Shown in pieces: positions 1 to 13,641 of a stretch of DNA of 64,000 nucleotides; position 1 is the first letter of the stretch, and every line of letters begins with the position of its first letter. The position numbers and the translations under genes are program-made. The stretch spans positions 23,498,001-23,562,000 of the forward strand of contig CM106586.1 of the NCBI GenBank assembly GCA_048013815.1, given 5' to 3'. The notes under the pieces are model-generated. The model did not search any database, was not told where the DNA came from, and was given only the letters and a program-made list of their open reading frames with translations. This DNA is from Setoptus koraiensis. Taxonomy: Eukaryota; Animalia; Arthropoda.

Positions 1-1590
1 TATAGGGCACCAACAATTGAAACTGTGCCAACTCTGTGCCACTCCATCGATCATGTTCAACAATGAAGGATCATCCATCATTTCGCTCATTCATTCGGAC
101 GGCCGATCGAAATTCAATTGGCGGGCCCCTTTTGTGCGTCTGTGCCACTCACATTTAAACATCTATATAAATGCATATATCTCTATATATGTGTGTGTGT
201 GTTATTGACAGAAAGTGATTGTCACTTGATTATGATGTATGCAAATTAGCGCGCAGGTGAGTGAGGCGCACAGTGTCGCGAAACTGTGCCTATAGTGGCG
301 CGCACATGGCAGTGGAAGGGCGCTGCGGCTTGGCCGGGCCGGCTAGCGTAGACAAAATCGGGCGAACGGGCGGTGGCGGCAGCGGCGCTAATTGGAACGA
401 CGACGAAGGCAAACCTGAGCCTGTGACGCAATGTCCGCGAAGGCAATGGCGAGCAACGGAGAGAAATCGCTCATCGTTTTATAATGAAACCACTCCGACA
501 ACAATTATACAACAGCAACAGCAACAACCGAGCTGTCGTTGTTGCTGTTGGCTCGTTTTGCGATGCGTTGTGCCTGCCCCCGAAACATGGCAGCGGGGCG
601 AGAGGCAAACGGCAAAGTTGCCAGAGCAACTGGCAGCGATTGGCCGACTTCTTTTGGCCATCGCCAGCCCCGAGTGAGATCAGGCGGCTGGAAAATGCAA
701 GTTCGCGCCGCCTTCCACAGCGCAACAACAGTTGCTGTTGGAGCCCAATTCTCTCTATATGAGAGCGAGCGCCGGCATTACAAGTTGCCAGCGCTATGAG
801 CCAGCGCATAGCCTGGCAAAACTTGTTGTTGAAGCTGTTGTTGTTGAAGTTGTTGTAGTTGCTGTTGTTGCCGTTGCCGCTGTTGTTGCTGTTGTGTCGC
901 TCGGCTGGCATCATTACAAGATGGCGGCATCATCAGCGGCGGCGGCGGCAGCGCCATCGCCAGCAGCAGCCAGCTTTGTATTCGCAAATTCGTATTTGTA
1001 TGCACAATATTCAGCTCAACTATGGCAACAACAACAACAACAACACCACCAACACCAACAACGGCAGCGCCAACAACCGAGCCAACAACAGCGCCAACCA
1101 CCGCAACTATATGCACGCCGAACGCACCGATGGAGGCACGAACGGGCCCGCTGTCGAGCGCTCGAAAAGTGACGCACGCACACGGAGCGGACACACAAAT
1201 GGATGATTTATGCGCTACGTCACGCGCTTTGCAGTTGCAATTCGCTCTCTTTCGCTGCTCTCCGACGGCTATCCGACAATCCGACTATGCGACTATCCGA
1301 CTATCCGACTGTTCGCTGCAACATGCATCCGCGCTCCGTGTTGTTTGCCAACTGTGCCAGGGGCACAGTTCGCGAAACGTTGGAACAGAACGCTGGCGCT
1401 ATTATTATCCAATCGAGCCAAATGCGAGCGCCAAATGACCAAATCATACCGCCACCTATATCCCTGTGCCACAGATGTGCCACTGGGCGAGCGGCACAGT
1501 CGGAGCAAGAGTGCAAAAGTGCAAAAGTGGCGGCGCGCACGGCGCTCGAAATAAGCTTTGCTTGGTGAACCAAATCGGAAGTTTCACTCG

Positions 1591-1634
<44 letters not shown>
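1591..1634. repeat. (GT)n microsatellite
   Basis: Direct inspection. Confidence 0.95.
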
Positions 1635-1636
<2 letters not shown>

Positions 1637-4600
1637 AAAAATGTATGTGACTATTCGGCGATGATTCATCATAGTTGAAACATCATCATATAGTCTACTG
1701 CCTGCTGCGCTCAACTAGACACTAGCGGAGCAATATGTGCCCATCGAGCGATTCGGCGGGCACACTCCGCCAGCCAGAGACAGTCGCAGCGAAATAAAAA
1801 ACTGCCTAGACTCGAATCAGACGCGGGTCCGCGGATATTGCGAGCGCTGGCTGGCTGCAGTTGCTTTCGACGAAGTCGAATCCGAATACGCGCAGCCCCG
1901 AGCCAAGGGCACGCCGACGGGCAGGTTGGCGGCCCGACAAGCCGGCGAGTTCCTTTGTGTTGCCGGTGGCTCGCCAGTTCTGTTCGCCAGTCTGCTCAAG
2001 GCCTCCCGATTCGGGCTCGCCAAGCCGATGAATGCCAAGCCGGCGAATCGTCACGGCGCGGCTTCGTTCGTTTGCGGCGGCCTCGCTCGTTTGCGGCGCC
2101 CGACACCGCGTCAGCCAACCTATATGGGTGCGCATATATGAGTGAGTGTTCCGGTGCTCATGTGCCCTCGAATCTCCTCGAGGCGGCCGTTGGGCAAAAT
2201 TGAATCGGGAGCCGCCAGCAGCGAACGCAAAACCAACAAGATCGAACGGAAAAAAGATGAGCGCCTGTCGTCACGCTACTTGTTGTGTGAGGCTCGCTCC
2301 GGGCAACAGCTCCGAGCTGCTCGCATACGAAAATATGCATCAAAATGCATATTCTTTGTATGAAAATGCATATTTTCATATGAAGAAAATACCAAGACGA
2401 AGAAAAAAAAACACTGTGCTCGCCAAGGAACACACTTGTCCAGCTGGCACACACACACACACACACTGGCCATTCCCACACACGGCACACTGACTATTAC
2501 TCACTGGGCACCTGTCGCGCACCCTCACTAATGAATGAAACTATTCGCTCGGCAACATTGGCCGCTCTGGCGAGACACTCACACAGTTCGAGTCGCCACT
2601 GCAATCCATTCAAGTAGGATCTGGCTGAGTCGGCGAGCTTGCGCAAGCCTCGCCATACATAGATCGGCCAGAATAAATGAAGATTCTGGCTGCTCTCTTT
2701 ATTTCGCCGACACATGTTGCTTGCTCTTCGCCGCTCTCTTATCTGCAAATTTTTCTGTCTGCATTCTGTTCGCAAGCGGCCGAAGCCAAATCCGACCGGC
2801 TACATCGAGCCGCGCAGTCATGGTGCGTTGGCCTAAATCGAATGCGCAAATACAATTATTATTCGCCTAGGCGATCGTCGGCCAAACGATTAGACGCGCC
2901 AAGTGAGATGGGCAATGGCTGCAGATTAAGATTAAGAGATCATTAAGAGATTTGTATGCTTATAAGCGTGTGCGTTTGTGTGTGTAAATATAATAATTCA
3001 TGTCATCGATGGAAATTGTTTTTCCGAAAGAATCATCTTCGTCTTCATCGAGTCGAAATTTCGACTCGAAAATAGAATCCGATTTTTTTTTTCATGCGAA
3101 TATTTCTCCTTTGCCACTAATTTATCGCGCCATGGTTGCTGGTCGTTCAGGTCGTGTCATGATGTGCCACATGATGCGAGCTGTTAATAAAATATTAATT
3201 GTTGGCAAGTATTCAAAATTTCGAACGAAATTTTTCAATGCTTGAATTTTTTTCAAAAAAATTTTCCTTCATGAAAATTGTTCGGATATCGATAATCTCA
3301 TAATCAATTTATTCATCATTATCTCAATAAAAATGACAACAGCTATCGGAATGCCACCCACGAATACAATCTTTGCAAGAAAGAGCAACATCAATCAATT
3401 TTCCTCGACACCTTTCCTATATCCGAAAATATAGAATGCGCGCACACACATGATTGTTTTGAGCGAACTGATTGGGTAAGTTTGAAATGAGAATTTTTCA
3501 GCCTTGAGAATTCTAGAAGTTCAGAATGTAGTTATGTGCAGTTTCTATTGGATAATAAAAAAAAGGTAGCTCGGAAATGCGAGAGTTGAAAATTCATCAC
3601 GGTTAAATACTTACAATAATCTGCCACTGCTCCTGACGGGCGCATGCAAGAGAGAAATCACCATTGTCGATTAGCAACGATCGATCCGTCCGCGATCTCC
3701 TCCAGAAATTATCTGGTTGCTGTGTCATCTGTTGTTGTAACCAAAAACTAGACTAGACCCAAAAACTTGACACAACGATCTTATGGGCTCTGATGGGCAC
3801 TCAAGTCAGGACAGTAATTTCGTAGTAATCACCCGGAATCGGCGCACCTGCAATAGATCATTTGGAAATTTGCAGAGTTTAGTCAAATATTATTCGAAAT
3901 ATTGTTTAGGGAATTGTTTCATGAGAATATTAAGTGGAAACAATTTTCTTCTGGTCTTGCTCGATGGCAGCATTTTTTAATCATCGTTTCATGGGAACAA
4001 AAAATGTTCGATTGAGTTCATCATCTTATTGATCTACATAAATTTTTAAATTTAGAACACCTTTCTCACACTGCAACATCTCTGGTGCATCAACATTGCA
4101 ATTGGATGTTAGGTGGTCGTGTTAAAGAAATGCAAGAATTCATTCATCTCGGTCGAGCGGACGATGACAGGCAACAACAATGTATACATTTTATAATGCA
4201 ATTTCTAGAACTTGTTAAAATTATAATTACTTTACAGCCACCAAAAGGCGACCCTTCAGCCTTTATCGGCATGGTGTCATCATGGCGAATGTTCCAATTT
4301 GCTAATTAACTGTTCTGTTGTTTTTCTTGTCATGACCAAACTGTTTCTATAGCTGGCGGCGAGACAACAGTGGAGCGATTGAGAAAATGCGTTTTTTCTT
4401 CAACGATCAATAAACATTCTTTCAACAAGGCGAGACCGAACTGTTGCCATTTTTCAGTTGATCAACAGTGGCTTTAACTATTAGTCTGGTTAGTCGGTCT
4501 GTCTACTGCATTATCTATGCGTTTAGCCATGCTTTGGGTGTCTCGAACCGATGAAGCGCGCTACTTGTCGAACAGCTAACGAACACACCACGATTTTTCA

Positions 4601-6489
4601 GTGTTATCATCATTAGTTAGTTAGGGAGTAACAGGTGAGCGAGTTTTCGTGAACACATTAGAACTGATAGGCATCGTTAGGCTCGACTAGAGACAATCCT
4701 TTCGCCTGGCCTGTCTTGGCGATAATGGATAATGAAGAAGAAAAAGAACGCACAGACCAGCCGGCATACATAAGTGCCTATAATTAATGTTGCCGCCGCA
4801 ACAGACAGATTGTTGAGGAATGTTGCTGCCGAATTGGCATGCCATAAATAATAATATAGAGTGAGAGGTCAGTAGCTGGCGACATTCGCTCGTCAGTACT
4901 CACTAAAAATCAATGATTATATCGATGAAGATGATAAGCCCGCTTGGCTTGGCTTTCGTTGGCATCTCGTAACTGGTGGCGAGCGTCATCATTTGAATTA
5001 TTATCATTATGATTAACTTAAATGAATTTTACAAAGAATGTGTCGGGCTCATATTGCAGCCAACGTGCGTTGATAACATGACGGTGACGATTTGCATCAC
5101 ATAGCTGTCCGACCATTGTATGGCAGATCCGAAATACCTCTGATGTTGTTTGTGGAAAAAGAAAAATCTTCAAAAGTCTTATTTTTATAATGTGATGGCA
5201 AGGGCATGATGTGAGCAGAGTGATGTTGCACACACTCCGACACATTCTCTCGAGAAATAACTGTTCTATATCAGATTTGTGTGTGTGTTGTCTCACAGAG
5301 ATAGGTCTAGACTGGGATTGCTAGATTTTGTTTGATCGGCGTCGTGATAACGCCAATGGACCGGCCGCTTTTAACGCCGGCCACCTATAGACATGCCAGA
5401 TTTTGAGTGTTGACTTTGAATTTACAAAAAAGTCTGTGTGATGTCTCAGTCCGATACTACTGGCAACTGGCAATAGCAACATCATTAGTTATCATTATGC
5501 GCCAGGTGATGATAACTAATGCTACCTGCCCGATAAGTAGTCTAGCCGGCATGAGGTGAGCCGAGCTGAGGTGATCGGGCCGAGCTGCGTCGGGCAACAT
5601 CAGGTTTGCGCGAATTTGCATCACACCATTTATCTGGCATCGAGCTGCTGCCCTCACGTATATCGTGTGTGTTCATTTGCTCAGAGATGCGTGAGGTAGT
5701 GATGTTGTTTGACTAGACCAAATCGTGGGCCAAATCGCAAAGCAAACAGCAGCAGCAGCAGCAGCCTGTCTTGTTGTTTGCTGCCGTGTTCGCGAACTGT
5801 TCGAGGGCCAAATCAACTGGAACTCGATCTTGTTGTGTTGTGCCGAGAAACAACTGGAAGCTCTCTTTTTGGAAGCCAGCACAATTTGCGCACAGCCAAC
5901 GAAAAGTTTGCCAACGAATCACTCGGTTCCGACAAAATCGACAGCAGATCGCTCGCAAACAGCGAACACTGAATTGCTCAGGGCACAGAGTGGAACAGAC
6001 AGCAAGCGTTTATTTTAAAACTAATCAAACTGTTCCCGTTTCGAGGAGCACTGACGCAGCGGCGGTGGCAGCAGCGACCCAACAATATAATGGAGAATTC
6101 CAGCGAATAGGAATCACATAAATCATAGGCCGTATCATTGACGGCCGATGCTGGCCATTGGCTGCTGGTGGCGCCGCTCGCCGACCATTGGTCAGTTGGC
6201 CGGCGACCAGCAGCTCGCGCTATAAGTTGCGAATTTGAAGAGAATTTGAATTCGCGAGTCCTGTAAAACCGACAACCAGCAGCATTCTGTGGAACGGTCG
6301 CGCCGAATCGCACCAGAATCGGGCCAGTTATTAACCTATCGAGTGAAGGTGGACACACACACACGCACACACAATGCAGTCGCAGATGACAACTACCTTT
6401 CGAACGCATAGCTGACCACTTCATACTCGACACGAACACTGCGACACACGGTAGTATTTAGCGAAGCAGAACTCGTCGTCGTCGTCGTC

Positions 6490-6550
6490 GCAAAAGTCAC
6501 CGGTCAGAATTGTGGGCAAAAGTCACCGGTCAGAATTGTAGGCAAAAGTC
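6490..6550. repeat. 26-bp tandem repeat, about 2.3 copies (CAAAAGTCACCGGTCAGAATTGTRGG)
   Basis: Units start at 6491, 6517 and 6543. Confidence 0.9.
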
Positions 6551-7772
6551 CTGCATCCTCCCCCGCAAACGCGATAATTCATTCGCTCTTGACTTGTAGC
6601 TGGCGCTGCTTTCGCGAACTGCCCGCTCAGCGGCGGTTAAAAAACTAAACAGCGCATTAATATTTGTTGCCTCTATAAGCGGCCTATAAATTGGCAAAGT
6701 CGCTAAAATTTTACTTTCGGGCCATTGTCATTGTTGACACAACTGTGCGTGTGTGTGTGTTGTCGACCCCTGACAATGTCGAAACTGTTAAATATGGAAA
6801 ATGTATTAATATCGAATATAGATGCAGATGGCGGCAACAAAGCTGCCACTTCCTCACTGCGCTCAGAGGTACCGCTTGCCGGATCAATGAACTCGGCCGG
6901 CAACACTGGCGCATGTGGCAACGTGTTACCTGTGAATGCGCATTGTGTGTTGTATGTTTTTCTAAATACGAATCGTTGCTAAATAGGAAATATTAGCTCA
7001 GACTTGCCGCTATTTGTTGGCCACATTTCGCCGGCCGAAAAATTTTTCGGCCTTTTCTCGCTCTCTTTTCGGGCTTTTTCGGCCTTTTTCGCTCTCTTTT
7101 CGGCCTTGTTCGGCCAGGTCGGCCGTTCGCCGAAAAGCGCTCGCAACGCGCTTCTGTTCGACTTGTGCGTCTCGGACGCTCGTAGCCCGATTCGAGCATC
7201 GAGACACCCCTGCGAATGCGGCGATACATTATGCAAATAATCGCATCTTTGGCCGTTTCGTGCCTATTCAAACAGCCATACGACTCGCATGGCGGCCCAT
7301 ATGCGCGGCGCAGTGCGGCACTTGCACAGAAACGAGCACAGAGCCAGAAAAATGCCAATCCGATTTCCATTTCGGATTGCTTATTATGCATTTTCGAGAG
7401 CTCAAACTTGTTTTCGCAGCGCGAGAAACAACTTATTTATGCGCGTATATGATTAATTATTGGATGTGTGCACATCTGTGCCATCTACCACTGTGAGTCT
7501 ACGATTTCGGCGGGGTTCGAATAGCGATTTCGGCAGGCTTCGAACTGCGATTTCGGGGTACGCCGGGCCGCTTCGCGAGTGCAAGAGTGGACGCGAGCGC
7601 GAAAACTAAGCCGACCGACTGTTTTCAGGCGCCTATAATTATGATAGGCAAATAATAAGTAGTATTATGAGCATATGAGAGGGCAGATAGAGAGAAAGAG
7701 AGAAAATTTACATACATGCTGTCGAGATGGCGGCAACCTGGCGGATAGGTGAGATGGCGCTGCATCGTGAGA

Positions 7773-8296
7773 TCATTCATACAGTTGCTGCTGCATCTGA
7801 TGCAGATGATAGTGCTGCTGTTGTTGCATTTGGTGCAGATGATGATGCTGCTGTTGCTGTTGTTGTTGCTGCTGATGCTGCTGCTGACCACTATGATGAT
7901 GATGATGATGAGCCGCCGGGTGCAAGTGCTGACCACTGTGATGATGATGATGGGCAAGATGATGGAGACCATGTTGTGCGGCAACAACAGCGGCATTATG
8001 GTGCATTGCGGCAGCAAAATGATGATGATGATGCTGCTGGTGAGACAGTTGAGCCGCGGCCGCTGCAGCGGCGGCGGCCGCAGTTTGTTGAGGATTCAAT
8101 TTGCTCTCTTTCTTGAATTTCATTCGTCTGTTTTGGAACCAAATCTTGATTTGTCGCTCGCTCAAGGCGAGATTGTGAGCTATCTCGATGCGACGCCGGC
8201 GCGTCAAATATCTGTTGTAATGAAACTCTTTCTCCAATTCGAGCGTCTGGTGACGCGTATAGGTCTGGCGGGTGCGCTTCGATCCCGAGCAGGACT
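7773..8296 (-). CDS. ftz: fushi tarazu-like Hox gene, coding exon 2 (homeodomain and poly-A/H/Q tail)
   Basis: Homeodomain [60 protein letters not shown]. The KRTRQTY N-terminal arm is ftz-type. A CAG acceptor at 8297 preceded by a pyrimidine tract gives a phase-matched 169-nt intron. The spliced CDS is 1671 nt (556 aa). Its position immediately 3' of Antp fits ftz. Confidence 0.85.
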
Positions 8297-8465
8297 CTGG
8301 CGGGCGATCGGAAAACAAACACAGCGAACAAATACAAACATGTAACGTGTTAATTACTAGCTATGCAAATTAGGAGCCGATTTATGCGCAATATGATAAG
8401 ATTTTATTGCGCATTGTTGCGCGTTGTCGCTCAATGACAGTTTGTTTCTGACGGGTTCTACTTAC

Positions 8466-9612
8466 TTTCGCCCACGTGTGACTTTTTCATCCAAGCATAG
8501 GTAATAATCTCGTGAGGCGTCGACGAGGCCGACGAGGAGGCCGTGGAGCTGTCGTCGTCGTCGTTGTTCTTGTTATTTGATGTTGACTGTGAGTTATTAT
8601 TATTATTGTGATTATTTTGCGTTTGCACAACATTTTGCGTTGCAGCATTGGCAAGCCGCGAATTATTGTTACTGTTATTCAAATTAGCACTGCCAAACTG
8701 TTGTACTGGCGTGTTGTTGTTGCTGCTATTTGTGGTGGACGCTGTTGCCGTTGTTGGCGTTGTGCTGGACTGATATCCTGATTGGTTGTTTGCAGTTACA
8801 CCTGTTTGTTGTTGTTGTTCTAGCTTTAATTGTGTTGCAGTGGCCGGCGTGACCGCTTGCGCGGGCTGCTTGTCGTCATTGTTTTGGTTGTTCTTTGGTG
8901 GCGATGTGGTCGCCAAATGTAGACCGCCGGCCATTGAGATTGCAGGCCCATTGTTGGTGTTGGTGTTCAGTTGTTGTTGTTGTAGTTGTTGTTGTCGCTG
9001 TTGTTGCGTCAATTGTCCGGGCAGTTGTTGTTGCTGAGCGTGCAAGTGATGCTGGTAATGCTGCTGATGTTGCTGTTGTTGCGGGTGCTGAGGGTGAAGC
9101 GGTTGCTGTTGTTGTTGTAGGCGACGTTGTTGTAGTTGCTGTTGTGACTGCTGATGGGTCTGATGGGGCGGATTGTGAGGGAGAGGATGCGCTTGCTGCT
9201 GAGATAATTGATGCGGCTGCGGCACCAGTGAGGCCGACGCCGGCGCTAGACTATGTTGCGGGTGCAGGTGGTTCGGGTGGTGGTGTTGTTGTTGATGGTG
9301 GTGAAGGTGTTGTTGTTGTTGCTGTTGTTGTTGTTGTGGTGGTTGGTGATGATGCGGTTGTTGCAGCGAGCCCTGGCCTGCGCCGTCTTGATATTGTACA
9401 ATCTGTTCTAATAGCTCAGGTGTCATTGCGTACTGTTGTTGATCTTGTTGCATAAGATGCTGTTGTTGTTGTTGTTGCTGTTGAGCGATGGGCTCCGCGT
9501 TTTGTTGCATCTGGTGAACCTGTTGAAGATGGTGATTCAGATGATGATGAGCTGGCGCTGTCACAATTGTATTGATAGGCGCAAACTGGCTGTAGTCGTT
9601 GGCCACCTCCAT
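8466..9612 (-). CDS. ftz: fushi tarazu-like Hox gene, coding exon 1 (Q/H/N-rich N-terminus ending in the hexapeptide YAWM)
   Basis: The first in-frame ATG of ORF 8458..9987 is at 9612 (MEVANDYSQF...). The exon ends ...ITYAWMKKSHVGE followed by a GTAAGT donor at 8465 (phase 1). The ORF track start at 9987 is a TTG. Confidence 0.8.
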
Positions 9613-10494
9613 TGTTACGTAAGTCGATTTTCGAGCTTTTCCTTCTTTTAGCTGCCGTATGCTAACTATCCTCTGGTGCTTTTGCTCGTATAACTTTGGC
9701 TGTAATAGTTTTTGGCTCGTGACTATTACGTCGTCGTCTGTATCGCACTGGTCTGAATCGCCAGCCAATTTATTTGAGGTTGTTGGTAGGTTTGTTGTTG
9801 TCACTGAAACTGTTATATTGCGCCGAATGAAGCTTGCACAATGACGGCCTAGATGCGACTGAATGAGCGAGTATGTGTATGTGTGGTGTTCAGTGTTGGT
9901 GAGTCCAGAAGAATTCAACCAACCAACTAACAACCACAACACAACAGGCAACAGGCAGTATGATAATGGTCGCGCATGTGGCGCCAACTACCGACCGTTT
10001 CCCCAACCACATCAATTTTTTAACTACTCACTTTTTAGCTACTCGCCTTTTTTTTTTCGTTCTCTCTCTCTCTCCCTCTCGCATTTTTTCTTTTCCAGTT
10101 TTCCCAGTTTTCGCAGCGCAACGAATTTACATATTGAAAATCGCATTGATTGAAGAACCGCAGTAGGCACGAAAATTTGATGTAGCTGTCAAAGGAAAAC
10201 CATCAAAAGCTCGCAGCTCGGCTTGTCATAATTGTCACTCAGTTGTTTGGTCAGCAGCAACATCATTATCTGGTAACCATGAATAATGCATAATAATTTA
10301 ATCATTTTAATGAACGCTTGTTATAGGTCGGCGCTGTTTGTAATGTAAATGCTGTTTAAATGGTAATAACAGAGATAATAACATGCTACGTATAGGCGCT
10401 GTTACACAATCATCATTACAGGAGCTCCTTTCATTATGCAACAACCACCTCTGAATGTGATGTGACTTTGACAGACAGTCAAGTGTAAATGACA

Positions 10495-10496
<2 letters not shown>

Positions 10497-10556
<60 letters not shown>
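10497..10556. repeat. (GT)n microsatellite
   Basis: Direct inspection; lies upstream of ftz. Confidence 0.95.
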
Positions 10557-10559
<3 letters not shown>

Positions 10560-13049
10560 TGTCCGTGTAGCAATGTAGCAATTAGTGATGGACAATTGTT
10601 GATTGAGTAATTAAGTGATTAGCAAGAATTATGACTCTATTTAGACAGCTGTTGCTATTTTAATCATTTCCAACAGCGCCAATTGCGACACAACTTGGTC
10701 CTTTTCTTTCACCAATCGTCACACAACGAAGAGCTGCAACTTGGCATCGCAGGCACACTTGCCAACAATTAATTTTTGGTGTCTGTATTTTTCTCTCTGC
10801 TCATGTCAATCAAAATCTATGACTTATTGTTGTTGTTGTTGTTGTTTATATAGTACGACCGACTTGGCCACTTGTTGTCGGTCCGACAACCTGTGCGGAC
10901 AGAGAGCAAGACGAATGCAAATTGTCCGTGTCACCACTGATTCGTCCGTCCGGCACACAGTCGCAGGGACGACATTAGCCATGGTCGGGGCTGTTGTGCA
11001 AAATTGTTGATATTTCGAGTTCCTCGGGTTGGTTACAACGTTTCTATTGTGATGCAAACACAGTTTAAGCGCCACAATTTGAGTTTATTCAAGTGGGCTT
11101 CTTATAGGCCTACGAGCGAGCCGCATCAATTGCGCAAACTGGCGATTGTTTCTTGCTTTCTGTGCGCTTCGTTTGCGGACAGGGCGCCCGACGTTGGCCG
11201 AAATTTTAATTATTGTTATCATTCCAGTGAGTGAGCAGCAGCAATTCTGTCCAATTAAGAGACAACAGAGATAAGAGTGTCCACGTGTATAAATCATTGT
11301 CGTAATTTAAACATCAGGCGAAAGGTGAGACAGCCTGTTCGTAGCACAGTTGACAATGTTTCGACAATGCTACAATGGATAGCGGTGGCCACTTTTGGCC
11401 AACTGCCCAGGTTGGTCAGGGTAACTATTTGCAAGTTGCAATCAACTGACCACTACATATGACGTGATAACGAGCTTGCAAAAAGATTCGCCGGCGAGAT
11501 TGTGAAGAAACTAAACTGAGGAATTCTAAACTGAGAAAAGTGAGGAATTTTCGGCTGTCATCAACAAGAGAAGATCGCCGATCTGAAATGCTCGATGTGT
11601 TAGGCGAAATTTCATTGTGTTACAACGAAACAATTGGCTAACTAAAGCGAATCAAGTGATGACTCTATTATTTAAATTAGTCTTGAACTTGACTCTTGCA
11701 GTCGCTCCATTCAAAGAGCTACATTTAGAGAGCTTTGCTTGAAGAGAGGTCAATTGGCGCAACAACTACAACTACAAGGGCTCTTTGTATAGTTAAGTGG
11801 CAGCTGTCAGACGGAGCCGGTCAGCTAATGGGCTACCGACAACTGACCAAGCGAATGGCCGGGCCGGCACGCATTAGATTGTAAGGCGATAATCATTATT
11901 GTTATTGTTATTATGGTTATTTTTATTTTATTGTTATTGCTCTACTTTGGCCTGACTGTCTGCTACTGTTGTATGTATATAACAGTGGTGGACAGCAAAA
12001 CATGTATGACAACAACACCGGACACAGTGGTTGTGTGTGTAATGATAATAATCATTTGTCAGTTAGTGTCTACAAGAGTGACATTAAATCACCGACTGAC
12101 CAATTTTCGATGTGTTTATGGCCTCGTTACAAAAGTAAGAATTTGATTGATCCCGTTCGAACTGTCTATATAATAACTATATTATTGACCGCGCCATAGA
12201 CATTAATGGGCATGTGCTTATATATTAATAGACTTAACGGCAGCTTGTGTATGTTGATCGCTGTTGACAACAGCGACAACAACAATGTTAGTTGTTTCAG
12301 TTCAGTTATTAGACACGGTGAAGTGAGGTTAAATGAGCTATTGAGCTCAATTGGGCGACTGCCATAAGTGGACCCCATTAACAGTATAAACACATGCACA
12401 ATTGATGAAAAACCGTCTAATAACAAGTCATTATAAACAGATAAAGACAAGAAAATAAACAAAAACAGAAAGTAATAACAAGCCAGCAAAACGAGCGGCA
12501 GTCTATGTGTGTCTAATGTCATGTTTATGTCCAATGTCAATGTCGGCAGATTGCTAACAAGAAGCCACAGCATAGTTTGTGCCCATTACCATATGACACA
12601 AATGATTTATTTATAGAGCCAATAAATTAATGATGAACAAAACGCACGATTTCAGCTACATTCTCATTCATTTAACGGCCACATTAACACCAATTAACTT
12701 TGCTTTAACATTTTATTAAACAGCCAATAATGTTTGTTGTGGCAAGTGATAGCTGTTGATGTCACTCTCACCGTTACATAACATTATCATCTTTTACTCC
12801 AGTAGCGCAATTTAGTGAGTCAATCAGCGTCATTAGTGACAAGTTGGTTTGTCTGTTAGTCAGTTGATACTGAGTGCGCTATCTAATCATCATCAGCATC
12901 TTGTCAGCGGTTATTTAACATGCATACAGTGAAAAGATGAATTAAGATAAATAACCTATTAATGGTATAAACACTTTGTGACAGTTTTAATTAAGTGATT
13001 TCTTCTCTCTAATGAATTAACTTGTTTGTCGTTGCTCTCGCGCGCACAC

Positions 13050-13641
13050 TCACACAGCAAAAGTGTATGTAGTTGAAGAAATATACAAATTAAATCAAAT
13101 TACTGTAATTAGATCACTGAATCAAGGTGTCTCACATAAGTGATACTATCACCTACAACCAATTAAATTATTGGTTTGCTACTGACTGACATTCGCAGTA
13201 GTGTCCACTGACAAGATTGTGTGTGAATCAATATATTCGACACGATATGATATATCAGCATAATATATTGATACTAGGGAATAAACAAGAGAGAGAGGGA
13301 ATATCTTGAAACTTGATTGGCGGATGTGAACATGGTCGCGCCATCTATAGGCGATCTGGTTAAACCGATCCGCAAACAATTGTATGGCGCAGTCTGGGCA
13401 ACGGACGGCAGCTAGTGGCACTTTCAAACAATTCTCACCGAACACACTGGTAGCTGCGTGGCCCTCGGCATTACGTAACAGAGCGCACATTTTCGGTGCA
13501 ACTTGCAATGAGCTATCACATGATCTCACCAGACACTTGATACATGTGTTTTTTCTACTCAAATTCACTACTTTAATTACACTATATCTCTTATTCACAT
13601 AACACAGGCTCATTTATTGGTGGCGATTGGTCCTCTCAAGT
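13050..13641. mobile_element. Dispersed repeat family 1, right-half copy
   Basis: Aligns to 29520..30121. Both copies end at TGGCGATTGRTCCTCTCAAGT. Confidence 0.65.

Noticed and set aside
471-1206. Overlapping Q/N/T-rich ORFs near the window start as a possible Scr first exon
   Set aside because: No hexapeptide or Scr-like motif, and all frames are open only because of CAA/GCA slippage repeats.
7773-8296. Dfd or Scr identity for the first homeobox (RHQ, FHYNRY and LSERQ resemble Dfd)
   Set aside because: The N-terminal arm KRTRQTY is ftz-type rather than KRQRTAY/KRQRTSY, and the position next to Antp fits ftz.
7749-8345. Plus-strand 198-aa ORF and similar antisense ORFs over the Hox exons
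   Set aside because: These are shadows of stop-poor trinucleotide repeats and homeobox codons, with poly-L/V/M content.
10040-10115. Strong plus-strand polypyrimidine/AG as evidence of an antisense transcript to ftz
   Set aside because: Equally explained as a GA-rich tract upstream of ftz. No matching donor or exon was found.
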